Origin: an uncultured Planctomycetota bacterium
Lineage (GTDB): Bacteria; Planctomycetota; Planctomycetia; Pirellulales; Lacipirellulaceae
Length of the DNA: 64,000 nt
NCBI GenBank assembly: GCA_963719315.1
Contig: CAVRBU010000002.1
Coordinates: 864,001 to 928,000 of the forward strand
Reading direction: 5' to 3'
Shown: one piece after another, positions 1-10,566 of the stretch
Numbering within the stretch: position 1 is the first letter of the stretch
Layout of the letters: every line of letters begins with the position of its first letter
Program-made: the position numbers and the translations under genes
The notes under the pieces: generated by a model
What the model was told of the DNA's origin: nothing
Database searches by the model: none
Seen by the model: the letters and a program-made list of their open reading frames with translations, nothing else

Positions 1-228
1 ACGCTGCCCGCGGATTTTGTTTTTCGCGAATTAAGCCCGCGACAAGCCAGCATGGCCGAGGCCATTGTGACGGATCCTTGCATGTGGTCGTCTGAGATGC
101 CACATGTTTATCGGGTGGAAGTAGAGGCGCTACGAGGCGAGGATGTTGTGGCCGAGTATCGTGGAACGATCGGCTTACAACGTTTAGCGCCGCGGCGGCC
201 TGTGGATTTTGCCCCCGGCACTGGTTGA
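1..228 (+). CDS. 3' end of a hypothetical protein resembling a GH2 Ig-like sugar-binding segment (partial)
   Basis: Frame 1 is open from base 1 to TGA at 226-228: ...DPCMWSSEMPHVYRVEVEA...YRGTIG, resembling the P-x-L-W-S-P-E-x-P-x-L-Y motif of GH2 Ig-like domains. Confidence 0.45.
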   Translation, partial: TLPADFVFRELSPRQASMAEAIVTDPCMWSSEMPHVYRVEVEALRGEDVVAEYRGTIGLQRLAPRRPVDFAPGTG

Positions 229-233
229 TTCGC

Positions 234-1271
234 ATGAGTGAGACGACACCATCACGGTACGACCGCCAAGCCCGCTTCACTCCCTTGGGCGAAGAGGGCC
301 AGCGCCGGTTGTCGTCGGCCCGGGCGCTCGTTTGCGGCTGCGGCGCGCTTGGTTCGGTCATTGCGGAAACGCTGGTCCGCGCCGGCGTTGGCTTCGTGCG
401 AATCGTGGACCGCGACTTCGTTGAACTCAACAACTTGCAACGCCAAGTCTTGTACGACGAGCAGGACGTTGCCAATGGAATGCCCAAGGCCATTGCGGCG
501 GCTAATAAACTTCGGAGCATCAATTCCGACATCGAAGTCGAGCCCGTCGTCGCCGATGTGACGCACCACAACATTGCGTCGTTGGCCGGCGATGTCGATG
601 CGATGGTCGACGGCACCGACAACTTCGCGACGCGGTTCTTGCTCAATGATTTCGCAGTGAAGCTCAGCAAGCCGTGGATTTACGGGGGCTGTATCGGGGC
701 CGAAGGGCAAACGATGACGATCCTTCCCGGCGAGACGGCTTGCCTGGCCTGCTTGATGGCCGATGCCCCGCCGCCGGGCACGACGCCGACTTGTGATACG
801 GCAGGCATCATCGCTCCGATCGTGGGAGTCGTGGCCTCGATCGAATCCGCCGAGGCCTTGAAGATTCTCAGCGGCCATCGCGAGTCGGTCAGCCGCCGGC
901 TGACGATCATCGACCTGTGGGACAATCAGGTCCGCCACGTCGATCTGGCAAAGCTTCGCCAAGACGGCGATTGCCGCGTGTGTAAGCACAAGGAATTCGT
1001 GTGGCTCGCAGGCGTACGCGGCGATGCGTCGGCCGTTCTTTGCGGTCGGAATGCCGTTCAGCTCAGTCCGCCGCCGAGTGCTACCGTATCGCTCGAAAAC
1101 CTGGCCACGCGGCTGGCTGGCGTCGGACGCATCCAGCACAATGCCTTTTTATTGCGGCTTTACGTGGACAGCTACGTGCTGACCGTATTTCCGGACGGCC
1201 GCACGATCGTCGGCGGCACGAATGACATCGCAACCGCACGTACCGTGCATGCACGCTACATTGGTGCGTGA
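234..1271 (+). CDS. ThiF/MoeB family adenylyltransferase
   Basis: RYDRQ, GCGALGS, VDRDFVELNNLQRQVLY, DGTDNF, CLAC and CRVC zinc motifs; ATG at 234. Confidence 0.9.
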   Translation: MSETTPSRYDRQARFTPLGEEGQRRLSSARALVCGCGALGSVIAETLVRAGVGFVRIVDRDFVELNNLQRQVLYDEQDVANGMPKAIAAANKLRSINSDIEVEPVVADVTHHNIASLAGDVDAMVDGTDNFATRFLLNDFAVKLSKPWIYGGCIGAEGQTMTILPGETACLACLMADAPPPGTTPTCDTAGIIAPIVGVVASIESAEALKILSGHRESVSRRLTIIDLWDNQVRHVDLAKLRQDGDCRVCKHKEFVWLAGVRGDASAVLCGRNAVQLSPPPSATVSLENLATRLAGVGRIQHNAFLLRLYVDSYVLTVFPDGRTIVGGTNDIATARTVHARYIGA

Positions 1272-1554
1272 TAGCACAGCCCACATGTATGCCACGTTCG
1301 GCGCGGGTCTCCCGCGTACAACTTTGTTGCAAGCACCTGTAGACTTGCCGACTTCTTCCCAGGTTGACACGATTTGGCAACCTATGCCGGCCCCGGCCCT
1401 GCGGATTCATTTTCCCGACCGGCCTTCCCGATTCCATTCGCAGACCCAGTTCTTTTCGCCTCGCGGCGTTCCCGCACGCCGCGAGGCGCTTTTCTCATTT
1501 GTGCTTTGGCGTGCGAGGCTTAGCGTTCGCGCGTGCAGGCTCCCTCTCAACGTC

Positions 1555-2466
1555 ATGGCGACCGCTGAATCAACTCAATCGTCTACGCGCCACGAAGCAT
1601 CTGCTGTCGTTGCTCCGCAGCTTGTCGGCCGGCTCGGCCCCTGGCAGCTTGTGCGGCCGTTGGGCGAAGGCAATTTCACCCGCGTCTACTCGGCCCGATC
1701 GGCCGATGGCCCGCAAAACCAACCCGCCGCCTATGTGGTGAAGGTGCTTCGCAAAGAATGGTGGCGCGATACGCAAGCGATCGAAATGCAACGCCGCGAG
1801 GCGTGGGTCGGTAGCAAGGTTTCGCACCCGCACTTGCTGCCGGTTCTTTCCGCCAGCGTACAAGAGCCGCCGTTTTATCTCGTGACGCCCAAAGTCGAAG
1901 GGGCGCCGCTTTCGCAGATTCTTGTCGATCGCGAACGCCTTTCCATCCCACTGGCCCTGTGGATCACTCGACAAACCGCGGATGGACTCGACGCCCTGTA
2001 CGAAGGCGCCAGCGTGATTCATACCGACGTAAAGCCCGAGAACATTCTCATCTCGCCGAATGGCCACGCGACGCTGATCGATTTCGGCTTCGCGCAAACT
2101 TGCGTCGAAGCCAGCCAGTGGGCCACTCGGCCACTCGCCGGCACGCTCGCGTACATCGCGCCTGAAATGGTGACATCATCTTTGGCTGCTGGTCCCAGAA
2201 GTGATATCTATAGCCTGGGTGTGACGCTCTACGAAATGCTCACTGGGCACCGCCCGTGGGAAACCGACGACCCGGGAGAGTTGGCCAGGCTCCATCGCGA
2301 AGCCAAGCCGACCGATATCCGCGCGCTCCGTCCCGACGTACCCGAGGCGGTCGCCAACCTGGTTCATTCAATGTTGGCTAAGGACCCGCTTCGGCGGCCG
2401 GGTTCGGCCGGCGAACTCTCAGCTCGGCTCGTGCGGCTTGAGATTAAGAGCTTTACGTTGGTGTAA
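1555..2466 (+). CDS. Hanks-type Ser/Thr protein kinase, single cytoplasmic domain
   Basis: LGEGNF loop, VVKVL lysine, HTDVKPENIL catalytic loop, DFG, GTLAYIAPE, SDIYSLG; start chosen at ATG 1555. Confidence 0.9.
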   Translation: MATAESTQSSTRHEASAVVAPQLVGRLGPWQLVRPLGEGNFTRVYSARSADGPQNQPAAYVVKVLRKEWWRDTQAIEMQRREAWVGSKVSHPHLLPVLSASVQEPPFYLVTPKVEGAPLSQILVDRERLSIPLALWITRQTADGLDALYEGASVIHTDVKPENILISPNGHATLIDFGFAQTCVEASQWATRPLAGTLAYIAPEMVTSSLAAGPRSDIYSLGVTLYEMLTGHRPWETDDPGELARLHREAKPTDIRALRPDVPEAVANLVHSMLAKDPLRRPGSAGELSARLVRLEIKSFTLV

Positions 2467-2501
2467 AGTCGATCAACGGGCGACGCAATAGATGACGTGC
2501 G

Positions 2502-3814
2502 TCACCACACTGGCGTCACGCCGCGATAGCTCCAATCCAGCACTTCCATCGGATGCACTACCGCTAGCTGTTCGCCCTGTTCGCGGGCCTCGCGGGCAAT
2601 TTGCAACGCACAGCCGGCGTTGGACGTGATCGCCACTCGTGCTCCCGTCGACTTGATGTTCTCCAACTTGCGCCGGCTTAGCCGGGCCGACATCTCGGGT
2701 TGCGTCAGGTTGTATGTGCCGGCCGCTCCGCAACAGAGGTCCGACTCCGGCAGATCGTGCAGTTCAAGGCCGGGGATTAGGGAGAGTAGTCGTCGGGCGC
2801 ATCGTGGATCTTCTGCGCGTGTAACAAATGGCAGGCATCGTGATACGTCGCCACGGCGCAAATCTCGCCCTCCGGCCGCATCGGCCCCAGTTGGTCAAGA
2901 AATTCATTCACGTCGCGGACCTTGGCCGACCAGGCGGCCCGCTCAGTTTGTCGCGGATCGTGCCAATGGTGGCCGTAGTCTTTCAGCATCGAACCGCAGC
3001 CGGCGATGTTGTTGATGATCGCGTCGAACCGTTCGTGCGGGAACGCGGCCAGGTTCTCATCGGCAAACTTCTGTGCCGGCTCGCTCGAACCCGCGTGAAA
3101 ATGAATCGCTCCGCAACAGACTTGCGACGGCGGCACGTGCACGTCGCACCCGTTCTGTTGCAGCACGCGGGCGGTCGCCCAATTCACGTGGCGGAACATC
3201 GCGTCGCCGATGCAGCCGGTGAAGAGAGCCACAGTTGCCCGCCGCCGGCCAATCGCCGGCAGAAACTCCGGTAATGGCCCCTCATTACGCCGCGGCGGCG
3301 GCAACATTTCAACCATGCGCCGCAATTGCACCGGCAGCAGATAGGTGAGCCGCGTCGCTTGCAGCAGCTTGAGCAGTCCGGTCCGCTGGGCGATTCGCGC
3401 CGGCAGAAGCGCTCGCCGCAATTTCGTGGCGTATGGGAACAGGCCGAACAGGACGTAGCGACGGAACCAATCGTCCTTCTGCGGTCCGCCTTCAACTTGG
3501 TCCATCGCGACGCGGAACGGCTCGATGAGTTTGCCGTACTGCACGCCGGATGGGCATGCCGTTTCGCACGCCCGGCAATCGAGGCAAAGCTCCAAGTGCC
3601 CGCGAACGCGGTCGTTCAGTTCCAGCTTTCCGTCGGTCACGCCGCGCATCAAATAGATGCGGCCGCGCGGACTTTCGTTTTCGTCGCCCGTTTCGACGTA
3701 GGTCGGGCACGCGGACGTGCATAATCCGCAATGGACGCAATCCAGCAGCAGCTCGTAATCGAGGGCGGCACCGGGGTTGCCATGGCCAGTTGTGCTAATT
3801 GGCATTTCAGACAT
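2502..3814 (-). CDS. glcF: Glycolate oxidase iron-sulfur subunit (split by an apparent -1 indel near 2796)
   Basis: CVHCGLCTSACP and CLDCRACETACP 4Fe-4S motifs, CCGAIH, YHDACHL; second CCG domain (CCGAAGTYN, TSNAGC) continues in ORF 2502..2861. Confidence 0.85.
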
Positions 3815-3829
3815 AAAGGAAAGTTTTCT

Positions 3830-3915
3830 AACCGCTAATGATCGCTAATATCAGAATATATGGTGATGAGCATTCACATTATTCATTGGCACCCTATTAG
3901 CGAATATTAGTGGTT
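3830..3915. repeat. AT-rich inverted-repeat element (REP/MITE-like) between glcE and glcF
   Basis: aaccgctaatgatcgctaata (3830-3850) vs tattagcgaatattagtggtt (3895-3915), 18/21 complementary, AT-rich spacer. Confidence 0.6.
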
Positions 3916-3944
3916 TGCTCTGCCCAGATCTGATTATTATCCAA

Positions 3945-5189
3945 CTAAAAAATGTACCGGCCCGGATTGAGTATATTCTTTGGGTCGAACTTTTGCTTGA
4001 TTCGTTCGAGCAGCACGATGGCGTCCGTTCGCCCGCCCCACAGCAGGTGCGGCGTCAGTCCCTCCAATTTGCTTCGCGCGACAACGAGGCTGCCGCCCAA
4101 CTGCATGGCCGCCGGTCGTAGTTTTCCCACGAGCACCGCCGATAAATCGGGTTGAGTGAACTTCGAAAACCGGGCTACGATGATGCCGCTAGCCGCGTGG
4201 GCCTGAGTCGCACAATTGGCGTCGAGGGCAGTTAGCCCGGCAATCATGCTTGTAACCGCGCTCGGGGGCACTGCAATTTGCACCACGAACGGCGAATTGT
4301 CGTCGGCCGGGCCGGCGCCGCGATCGGAAAATGCAACTTGGCGGTCCCACAGTGCGCCGGCTTCGCCGTCATCGAGACGGCGAACCTCCGAGCCGCCCGC
4401 GGCTTGGAGCTCGTTCTGCACCCGTTGAACCAACCAAAAGACTTCGTCTCCCGTGCCTTCGACGCGGACCACAAGCCGATTGCAAATTGCGTTCTCCGTC
4501 GCGGTCGCCCACGTAGTGCCCACGAGCAAATTAATCGCCACCGGCGGCGCTTCCAAATTGACCAATCGGCCGAGAGCGTTTTCAGTGATCTTCAAATCAC
4601 GGCAGTCCGCAACGATCGCAGCCGAACATTCGGGCAGCGGCTTGACCTTGAACGCCAATTGCGTGATGACGCCAAGCGTGCCCAGCGATCCCGTGAGCAG
4701 TTTGCAGAAATCGTAACCTGCCACGTTCTTGACGACCCGCCCGCCACCTTTAAACGCAACTCCACGACCATCGACAGCGTGAATGCCGATAATGTAATCC
4801 CTGACGGTGCCGTGGCCGTACCGCCGCGGTCCGTTCCAATTCGTCGCCACCACGCCACCGATTGTGGCCTCGTCTGCCCGCGGCACGTCGATCGGCAAGT
4901 GCTGTCCTTCGGCGGCGAGCGTGGCCGCGAGATCAGCCATTCGCACGCCCGCTTCGACCAAAATCGTCATGTCTCGCGGTGTGTAATCAACGATTTTTGA
5001 GAGGCTCGTGAGGTTCAACGTGTGTCCAGGCAGCGAAGGCGGATTCCCATAGTCGAGCGCTGTGCCGCCGCCGAGCGGATAGATCGCGTGGCCCGCTTCG
5101 TAGGCAGTACGCACGGCTTCCGCAACGTCGGCTTGATTGGCCGGCGTCACAGCATCTTCGGACAATACTTGTTTAACTGCCGTAGCCAT
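3945..5189 (-). CDS. glcE: Glycolate oxidase FAD-binding subunit
   Basis: GGGT, VEAGV, ATIGG, GGRVVKNVAGYDFCKLLTGSLGTLG, C-terminal KQKFDPKNILNPGR; lies between glcD and glcF. Confidence 0.85.
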   Translation of the reverse strand: MATAVKQVLSEDAVTPANQADVAEAVRTAYEAGHAIYPLGGGTALDYGNPPSLPGHTLNLTSLSKIVDYTPRDMTILVEAGVRMADLAATLAAEGQHLPIDVPRADEATIGGVVATNWNGPRRYGHGTVRDYIIGIHAVDGRGVAFKGGGRVVKNVAGYDFCKLLTGSLGTLGVITQLAFKVKPLPECSAAIVADCRDLKITENALGRLVNLEAPPVAINLLVGTTWATATENAICNRLVVRVEGTGDEVFWLVQRVQNELQAAGGSEVRRLDDGEAGALWDRQVAFSDRGAGPADDNSPFVVQIAVPPSAVTSMIAGLTALDANCATQAHAASGIIVARFSKFTQPDLSAVLVGKLRPAAMQLGGSLVVARSKLEGLTPHLLWGGRTDAIVLLERIKQKFDPKNILNPGRYIF

Positions 5190-5230
5190 TGCTCTCGGTG
5201 TTTTCTGTAGTCGAATTTTCGACTTGTCTT

Positions 5231-6670
5231 TTAGAGGGCAGCTCGCCGTCCGGGATGCACCTGTTCCATACCGCATGCGCCGGCCGTTGGCAGCAGTTTG
5301 CCGGGGCTCAACCTTCCATTCGGATTGAGCGCATCGCGCAGCCGACCCATCACTTCAAGGTCGTTCTCCGTAAACATGCGATTCATGAAATTGATTTTTT
5401 CCAGACCGATCCCGTGTTCGCCCGTGACGCTGCCGCCGCAGTCCAAGCACTCCATCAGAATTTCGCCGCTGGCTACGAGGACTCGCTTGATCTCCTCCGG
5501 ATTCCGTTCGTCGAACAGCAGAATCGGGTGCAGATTGCCGTCGCCCGCGTGAAACACATTCACGATGCGAATATTGTGCTTAGCGCCAATTGCGCGGATG
5601 CGTTGCAAAATATGCGGCAATTTCGAACGCGGCACTACGCCATCCTGCGTGCAATAACTCGGACTCAGTCGGCCGATCGCGCCAAACGCTTGCTTGCGGC
5701 ACTTCCACAACTGCAGCCGCTCTTTGGCGTCGGCGGCGAAACGGACTTCGCGTGCTCCATGCTGGCGACACATTTCCGCCACACGATCGCGCTGTGCATC
5801 GAGGCCGACCTCCAGTCCGTCCACCTCGATCAACAAAATCGCCTCCGCATCCAACGGAAAGCCGAAGTGAAACGCCTCTTCCACGGCGACCAAGATTCCT
5901 TGATCCATCATTTCGAGGGCGGCTGGGATGATGCCCGCACCGATGATCGCGCTGATTGCCTGCGTCGCATCGTCCACCGAGTCGAAAACACCCAGCATCG
6001 TGCGAACGCCCTGCGGATTGCGGGTCAGCCGCACGCAGATTTTCGTAACGATGCCCAGCGTCCCTTCGCCGCCGACGATCGTGCCGACTAGATCGGGCCC
6101 AGGCGATTCACCAATTGGTCCGCCAACTTGGACGACATCGCCCTCGGCCGTCACGAGTTCGACGCCCAGGACGTGATTCACGGTCACACCATACTTCAAC
6201 GTGTGCGGCCCGCCGGCGTTCGTGGAAACATTGCCGCCGATCGTGCATGCGCCCTGGCTGGAAGGATCGGGCGCGTAGTGGAAACCCGTGCCGGCAAGGT
6301 GTTTGTTGAGATGTGCATTCACGACGCCCGGTTCGACCACCGCGTAGCGATCTCGGAGATTGACCTCCGCGATCTCGCGCATTCGGGTGAGGACGATCAT
6401 CACGCCGCCGCCGACCGGGAGCCCACCGCCGGCTAAGCTGGTGCCCGCTCCGCGCGGCACGAACGCCACGTCCAGCTCGTTGCAGAATCTAACGACGGCG
6501 GCAACTTCTACCGTACTCTTTGGAAACACCGCCACGCTGGGGCAATGCTTTTCGATTACGAACGCGTCGCATTCGTATACGGCCAAATCGGAATGCGAAT
6601 CTAGAACGTGGTCCGTGCCGACCAGCCGGCGCAGCCCTTCAGCAAGTTGTGTGGCATCGATCGTGGACAC
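5231..6670 (-). CDS. glcD: Glycolate oxidase FAD-linked subunit
   Basis: PRGAGTSLAGG, YAPDPSSQGACTIGGN, NAGGPHTLKYGVT, FHAGDGNLHP, GEHGIGLEK; start approximate (GTG 6670). Confidence 0.88.
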   Translation of the reverse strand: MSTIDATQLAEGLRRLVGTDHVLDSHSDLAVYECDAFVIEKHCPSVAVFPKSTVEVAAVVRFCNELDVAFVPRGAGTSLAGGGLPVGGGVMIVLTRMREIAEVNLRDRYAVVEPGVVNAHLNKHLAGTGFHYAPDPSSQGACTIGGNVSTNAGGPHTLKYGVTVNHVLGVELVTAEGDVVQVGGPIGESPGPDLVGTIVGGEGTLGIVTKICVRLTRNPQGVRTMLGVFDSVDDATQAISAIIGAGIIPAALEMMDQGILVAVEEAFHFGFPLDAEAILLIEVDGLEVGLDAQRDRVAEMCRQHGAREVRFAADAKERLQLWKCRKQAFGAIGRLSPSYCTQDGVVPRSKLPHILQRIRAIGAKHNIRIVNVFHAGDGNLHPILLFDERNPEEIKRVLVASGEILMECLDCGGSVTGEHGIGLEKINFMNRMFTENDLEVMGRLRDALNPNGRLSPGKLLPTAGACGMEQVHPGRRAAL

Positions 6671-6785
6671 ATCCGGCTCGCGTAATCCGACGCTGTCACC
6701 CGGCGCAAGAATCACGCCAGCGCAAAACATTGATTATAGGTGCTTCGCGAGCCTGCACCAGTGGATATCGATGCGAGCCGCGTTG

Positions 6786-7259
6786 CTAAGCCCGCTCGTC
6801 CGGCAACGTCAGATCGGGAACATCTTTTCCGAGCGCGGTCGCGAGCGCGATTTGATGGTCCTGCTCCTGCAACAGAATCTGCCGAATGTGTTCCGCGATC
6901 GCATACTCACCAAGCTCTTCGCACTGCCGGACCCGGACACGATAGTTTCGAATCGTCTCGTTTTCGTTATCGAGATCGAACTGTAACATCTCTTTGGCTT
7001 TTTCGGAGGTCTTCACTGGCTTCGGCGTCACTTTGGGCATTCCTCCCAGATAATCGATTTGATTCGCCAAAATCAAGGCGTGCTGCAATTCCTGGCCAGC
7101 GTGAACGGCCAACTCGTCCGCGACGCTCATGTACTCGGCGCCTTTAAGCACCTGAGAATATACGACGTAGGAGATAATTGCCTGATACTCGCGTTCCAGG
7201 TCTTCGTTCAGCAGCTTGATCAATTGGGTGCGCGACAGCTTCGATTCTTTGCTCGCCAT
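6786..7259 (-). CDS. Ferritin-like / bacterioferritin-family di-iron protein
   Basis: LNEDLEREYQAIISY...ELQHA...IDYLGG.P...DLDNENETI..Y...EQDH ferroxidase pattern; GGAG-like RBS before ATG 7259. Confidence 0.85.
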   Translation of the reverse strand: MASKESKLSRTQLIKLLNEDLEREYQAIISYVVYSQVLKGAEYMSVADELAVHAGQELQHALILANQIDYLGGMPKVTPKPVKTSEKAKEMLQFDLDNENETIRNYRVRVRQCEELGEYAIAEHIRQILLQEQDHQIALATALGKDVPDLTLPDERA

Positions 7260-7432
7260 GATATGTTCTCCGCATTCGGTGGAATAATTATTACGTGCCG
7301 TCTCGCGCCAGGAACACACATGTTCTCTGGCTCCCACTGCGCGAACGGAACCCGCCCAATCATATCATCGCGGCTTCTACTTGTCGCGTGAGCGCACGCT
7401 CCACAATCTGGAAAAACACCGACGGAGAGCGC

Positions 7433-7481
7433 AAAAAAGTGTGCCACCTGCCCCGAGAGGTGGGAGAGACAGGTGGTACAC
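7433..7481 (-). terminator. Putative intrinsic terminator downstream of the sigma70 gene
   Basis: Stem gtgtgccacctg (7439-7450) / caggtggtacac (7470-7481) followed on the minus strand by T6 (A6 at 7433-7438). Confidence 0.6.
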
Positions 7482-7592
7482 AACCGGCGGGAGGAGGAAA
7501 GCTAGAGGGATTCGATTATTTGTTGATTCTGAGTTGTGGATCCCTATTGCAACTTAGTTTCTGCTTTAGGAGTAAATGCGTTTCGCTCAGCT

Positions 7593-9311
7593 TCATGATT
7601 CCACAGGCACTTCCACGCCGTCCAGAAAGCCGGCCAGGGCCCGCGTGCGATAAGGCTGCTGTAGCTTGCGTACCGCCTTCGATTCGATCTGTCGCACGCG
7701 CTCGCGGGTTACCTGGAAGATCTTGCCGACCTCTTCCAACGTGTAGGTGTACCCATCGGCCAGGCCGTAACGCAGCCGAATGATTTCGCGCTCGCGGTAG
7801 GTCAGGTCGTGCATCACATCGTTGAGCCGCTGCTTGAGCATTTCGCTGTTTGTATCGCGAAGAGGATCGTCGTCGCGGTTTTCTTGCAAAAACTCGCCGA
7901 AGAAATTGTCTTCGTGATCGCCGACCGGCTGGTCGAGTGAGAGGGGCTGCCGGCACATTTTGACGATGACGCGGGCGTCGTCAATCGAGAGCCCGGCACG
8001 TTCCGCGACTTCTTCGGGGTTTGGCTCGCGGCCGACTTCCTGCACGAAGGCAGCCGTCACGGCCCGCACGCGGCCCATTGTGTCGATCATGTGCACCGGC
8101 AGGCGGATCGTGCGGCTCTGATCGGCAATTGCCCGCGTGATTGCCTGTCGAATCCACCAGGTTGCGTAGGTCGAGAATTTGTAACCGCGTTGATATTCGA
8201 ATTTATCCACCGCACGCATCAGGCCGGTGTTGCCTTCCTGGATAAGATCCAGAAAACTAAGCCCGCGATTGCGGTAGCGCTTGGCGATCGAGACAACCAG
8301 CCGCAGATTGGCGGCCGAAAGCACCCGCTTGGCCTCGTCGTATTTGTTGCGTTGTTCCAAGGTACGAGCTGCCAAATGAGCCAGGGTCGCCGGCGATTCC
8401 AGCGTGATCCGCATCAAGTACCGGAGTTCCTGCAAGAGCTCGGAATGCTGTTTTTCGCTGATGAGTTTCTCGGGCTCGGCCAACTGTTGCTTGATCGTGA
8501 TCATCCGCTCACCGATTTTGTGCAATTGCGCCATCATCGGCATCAGCTTGCCGAGCCGCAGGTTGAGTTCTTCGACGAGCCGCACGATTTTGCCGCGGCG
8601 GATCACTAGTCGGCGCCATGCGCCGTGCTTCTCGGCCTTGGGGCGGCGCTTGTCGATCACGACCCGGAAATCGACTTGGTTCAGCCGCATCAGGTGTTTG
8701 ATCGTCGCCAGGTTTGGGGCTAGCCGCTTAAGCGTCCGCTTCTTCTCTGCCGTGTTCGTGACCGAGATTTCGATGGTACGATCCAGCCGCAGCTCGCCGT
8801 GTTGAACTTTTTCCAGCAGCTCGATAGCGCCCTGCAACACGAAATCGTTGCCCAGGAGCAAATTGCGAAACCGTGTGCGAGTTTCTTCGATCCGGCGAGC
8901 GGAGGAGATTTCGTCGGCCCGGCAAAGCATGGGGATTTCGCCCATTTGCATGAGGTACATGCGAATGGGGTCGTCAATGTGCGATTCGTGACTGCCCTCT
9001 TCGGGCAGATGTTCGAGGTCGTCTTCCTGATCGAGAAGAGGGCTCAGCGTTTCGTCCGGGTGCTCATCTTCATTGAGGATAAAATCATCGTCGGCGATGG
9101 CGCCGCTGTGGTGATTGCCCTTGCCATTGGTTGACCCGTTCACGGCAGCAGCGCCGTTTCGGGTTGATTTTCCGAGTAGCTTACTGTTGGCTTTTCCGCT
9201 TGCTTTTCCATTCAACGGATGATTCGGGCGGGCGCGTCGCACAGGCCGTTCCTCGCGGTGGTCGGATCGAAGTGGCTTGACGCTGGCCGTGGAATGCACC
9301 CCCGGTGCCAA
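7593..9311 (-). CDS. rpoD: RNA polymerase sigma70 factor, RpoD-like
   Basis: [11 protein letters not shown] (region 1.2), [49 protein letters not shown] (region 2), [20 protein letters not shown] (region 4.2); start uncertain. Confidence 0.85.
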   Translation of the reverse strand: MAPGVHSTASVKPLRSDHREERPVRRARPNHPLNGKASGKANSKLLGKSTRNGAAAVNGSTNGKGNHHSGAIADDDFILNEDEHPDETLSPLLDQEDDLEHLPEEGSHESHIDDPIRMYLMQMGEIPMLCRADEISSARRIEETRTRFRNLLLGNDFVLQGAIELLEKVQHGELRLDRTIEISVTNTAEKKRTLKRLAPNLATIKHLMRLNQVDFRVVIDKRRPKAEKHGAWRRLVIRRGKIVRLVEELNLRLGKLMPMMAQLHKIGERMITIKQQLAEPEKLISEKQHSELLQELRYLMRITLESPATLAHLAARTLEQRNKYDEAKRVLSAANLRLVVSIAKRYRNRGLSFLDLIQEGNTGLMRAVDKFEYQRGYKFSTYATWWIRQAITRAIADQSRTIRLPVHMIDTMGRVRAVTAAFVQEVGREPNPEEVAERAGLSIDDARVIVKMCRQPLSLDQPVGDHEDNFFGEFLQENRDDDPLRDTNSEMLKQRLNDVMHDLTYREREIIRLRYGLADGYTYTLEEVGKIFQVTRERVRQIESKAVRKLQQPYRTRALAGFLDGVEVPVES

Positions 9312-9648
9312 GCCGTCGTCAGTCCGGCCGCGGAGCAGGCCTTAAGTGGTTATGGGAACACGCTTTGCGATTGAAGATCGAGCGTAGCCGCGGCCCTAAG
9401 TTTGCCGGTGCGTGGCGAACTGGCATCAATCGCCGAGCTGCAAAGTGGCGATGTCGCAACACCGCTGCCTCGTCGCGCGCCGCCTGAACTCCTACAATCG
9501 TTACGTTCGGTGCCTGCCAAAGTGTTCGGATCCACAAGAGCGGCCCCACTTTTACTGACCCACTCAAACTTCAAACAGCCAAGCGGGACTCACGCAACGG
9601 CGTGAGTTTCGGCTTATTCGCATTAGTTAGGTATTCACTTTCGTGTAC

Positions 9649-10439
9649 ATGTCCAGCAACGCGATCGATGTGAAAGTCACCGGCGCGGTGGGTACGATCG
9701 TGCTCAATCGGCCTCAGCGTCGGAACGCTCTTAGCCGCGCGATGATTGCGCTGCTTTCCGAGGCTCTAGGCGACTTGCATCAGGAGAAGCGAGTCCGATC
9801 GATTGTGTTGACCGGCGCCGGCACGGCGTTCTGCGCGGGCATAGACATTCATGAAATGCACGCCGCTGCGGCACTGCCCGATGCGGAAAAGGCGCAAGAT
9901 TGGGGCGAAACGGCCGAAGCGTATTGCGGGCTCGTGACGCAGATGATCGAGCTGCCGAAACCGATCATCGCCTCGGTCAACGGCCCGGCCGTGGCTGGCG
10001 GTGCGGGTCTCGTTTTGGCGAGCGATATCGTTGTCGCCAGTCCGACTGCTCAATTTGGCCTCCCCGAACCCCGCCGCGGCATTATCGCGGGGGTCGTTGC
10101 GCCGTTGCTCGCGTTCCGCGTCGGCGGCGGTACTGCCGCTCGGCTGCTGATTTCTTCGGCGATTATCCCGGCCGAGGAGGCCTACCGCATTGGCATCTAT
10201 CACGAGCTGATCGACGAAACCCGGCTCTGGGCCCGCTGCGTTCAGCTCGGCGAAGAGTGCGCCGCCGGGCGCCGGAAGCGCTGCAGCTTACGAAACGCCT
10301 GCTCTACGAAACGATTGGCGAGCAACTATCCACACAACTCACCGTCGGCGCCGCAATGAGCGCGACTGCCCGCACCACCGAAGCTGCTCAGGAAGGCCTC
10401 GCCGCGTTTGTCGAAAAACGCCCGCCTGAATGGAAATAG
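9649..10439 (+). CDS. Enoyl-CoA hydratase/isomerase family protein (apparent indel near 10268)
   Basis: LNRPQRRNAL, AFCAGID, PKPIIASVNGPAVAGG, FGLPE; C-terminus APEALQLTK...EGLAAFVEKRPPEW continues in ORF 9900..10439. Confidence 0.85.
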
Positions 10440-10566
10440 CTCGTCGTGGAAGGGAAAATGGATCGAGGCCCGCGGCGCAAGTAAGGGAACATTGGAGGCC
10501 GCTATGTCCGTTGCTTGCGCTGCGGGCTCCATACTTGGCATTTATGGAATTGGTGCAAAAGAGATT

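Noticed and set aside
234..2466. ThiF plus kinase as a RiPP, ubiquitin-like or defence system
   Set aside because: The ThiF looks like a housekeeping MoeB/ThiF, a 280-nt gap separates the genes, and there is no precursor peptide, E2 or JAB gene
6786..6830. Ferritin C-terminal tail (DVPDLTLPDERA) as an encapsulin targeting peptide
   Set aside because: Does not match L-x-V/I-G-S-L type motifs and no encapsulin gene is present
7495..7530. tcgaatccctctagc on the minus strand resembling a tRNA T-arm or attachment-site remnant
   Set aside because: Lacks GTTC, no cloverleaf or CCA, and no integrase nearby
7516..7596. 26-aa ORF overlapping the sigma70 stop ([12 protein letters not shown]...)
   Set aside because: No RBS or recognisable features; probably 3' UTR
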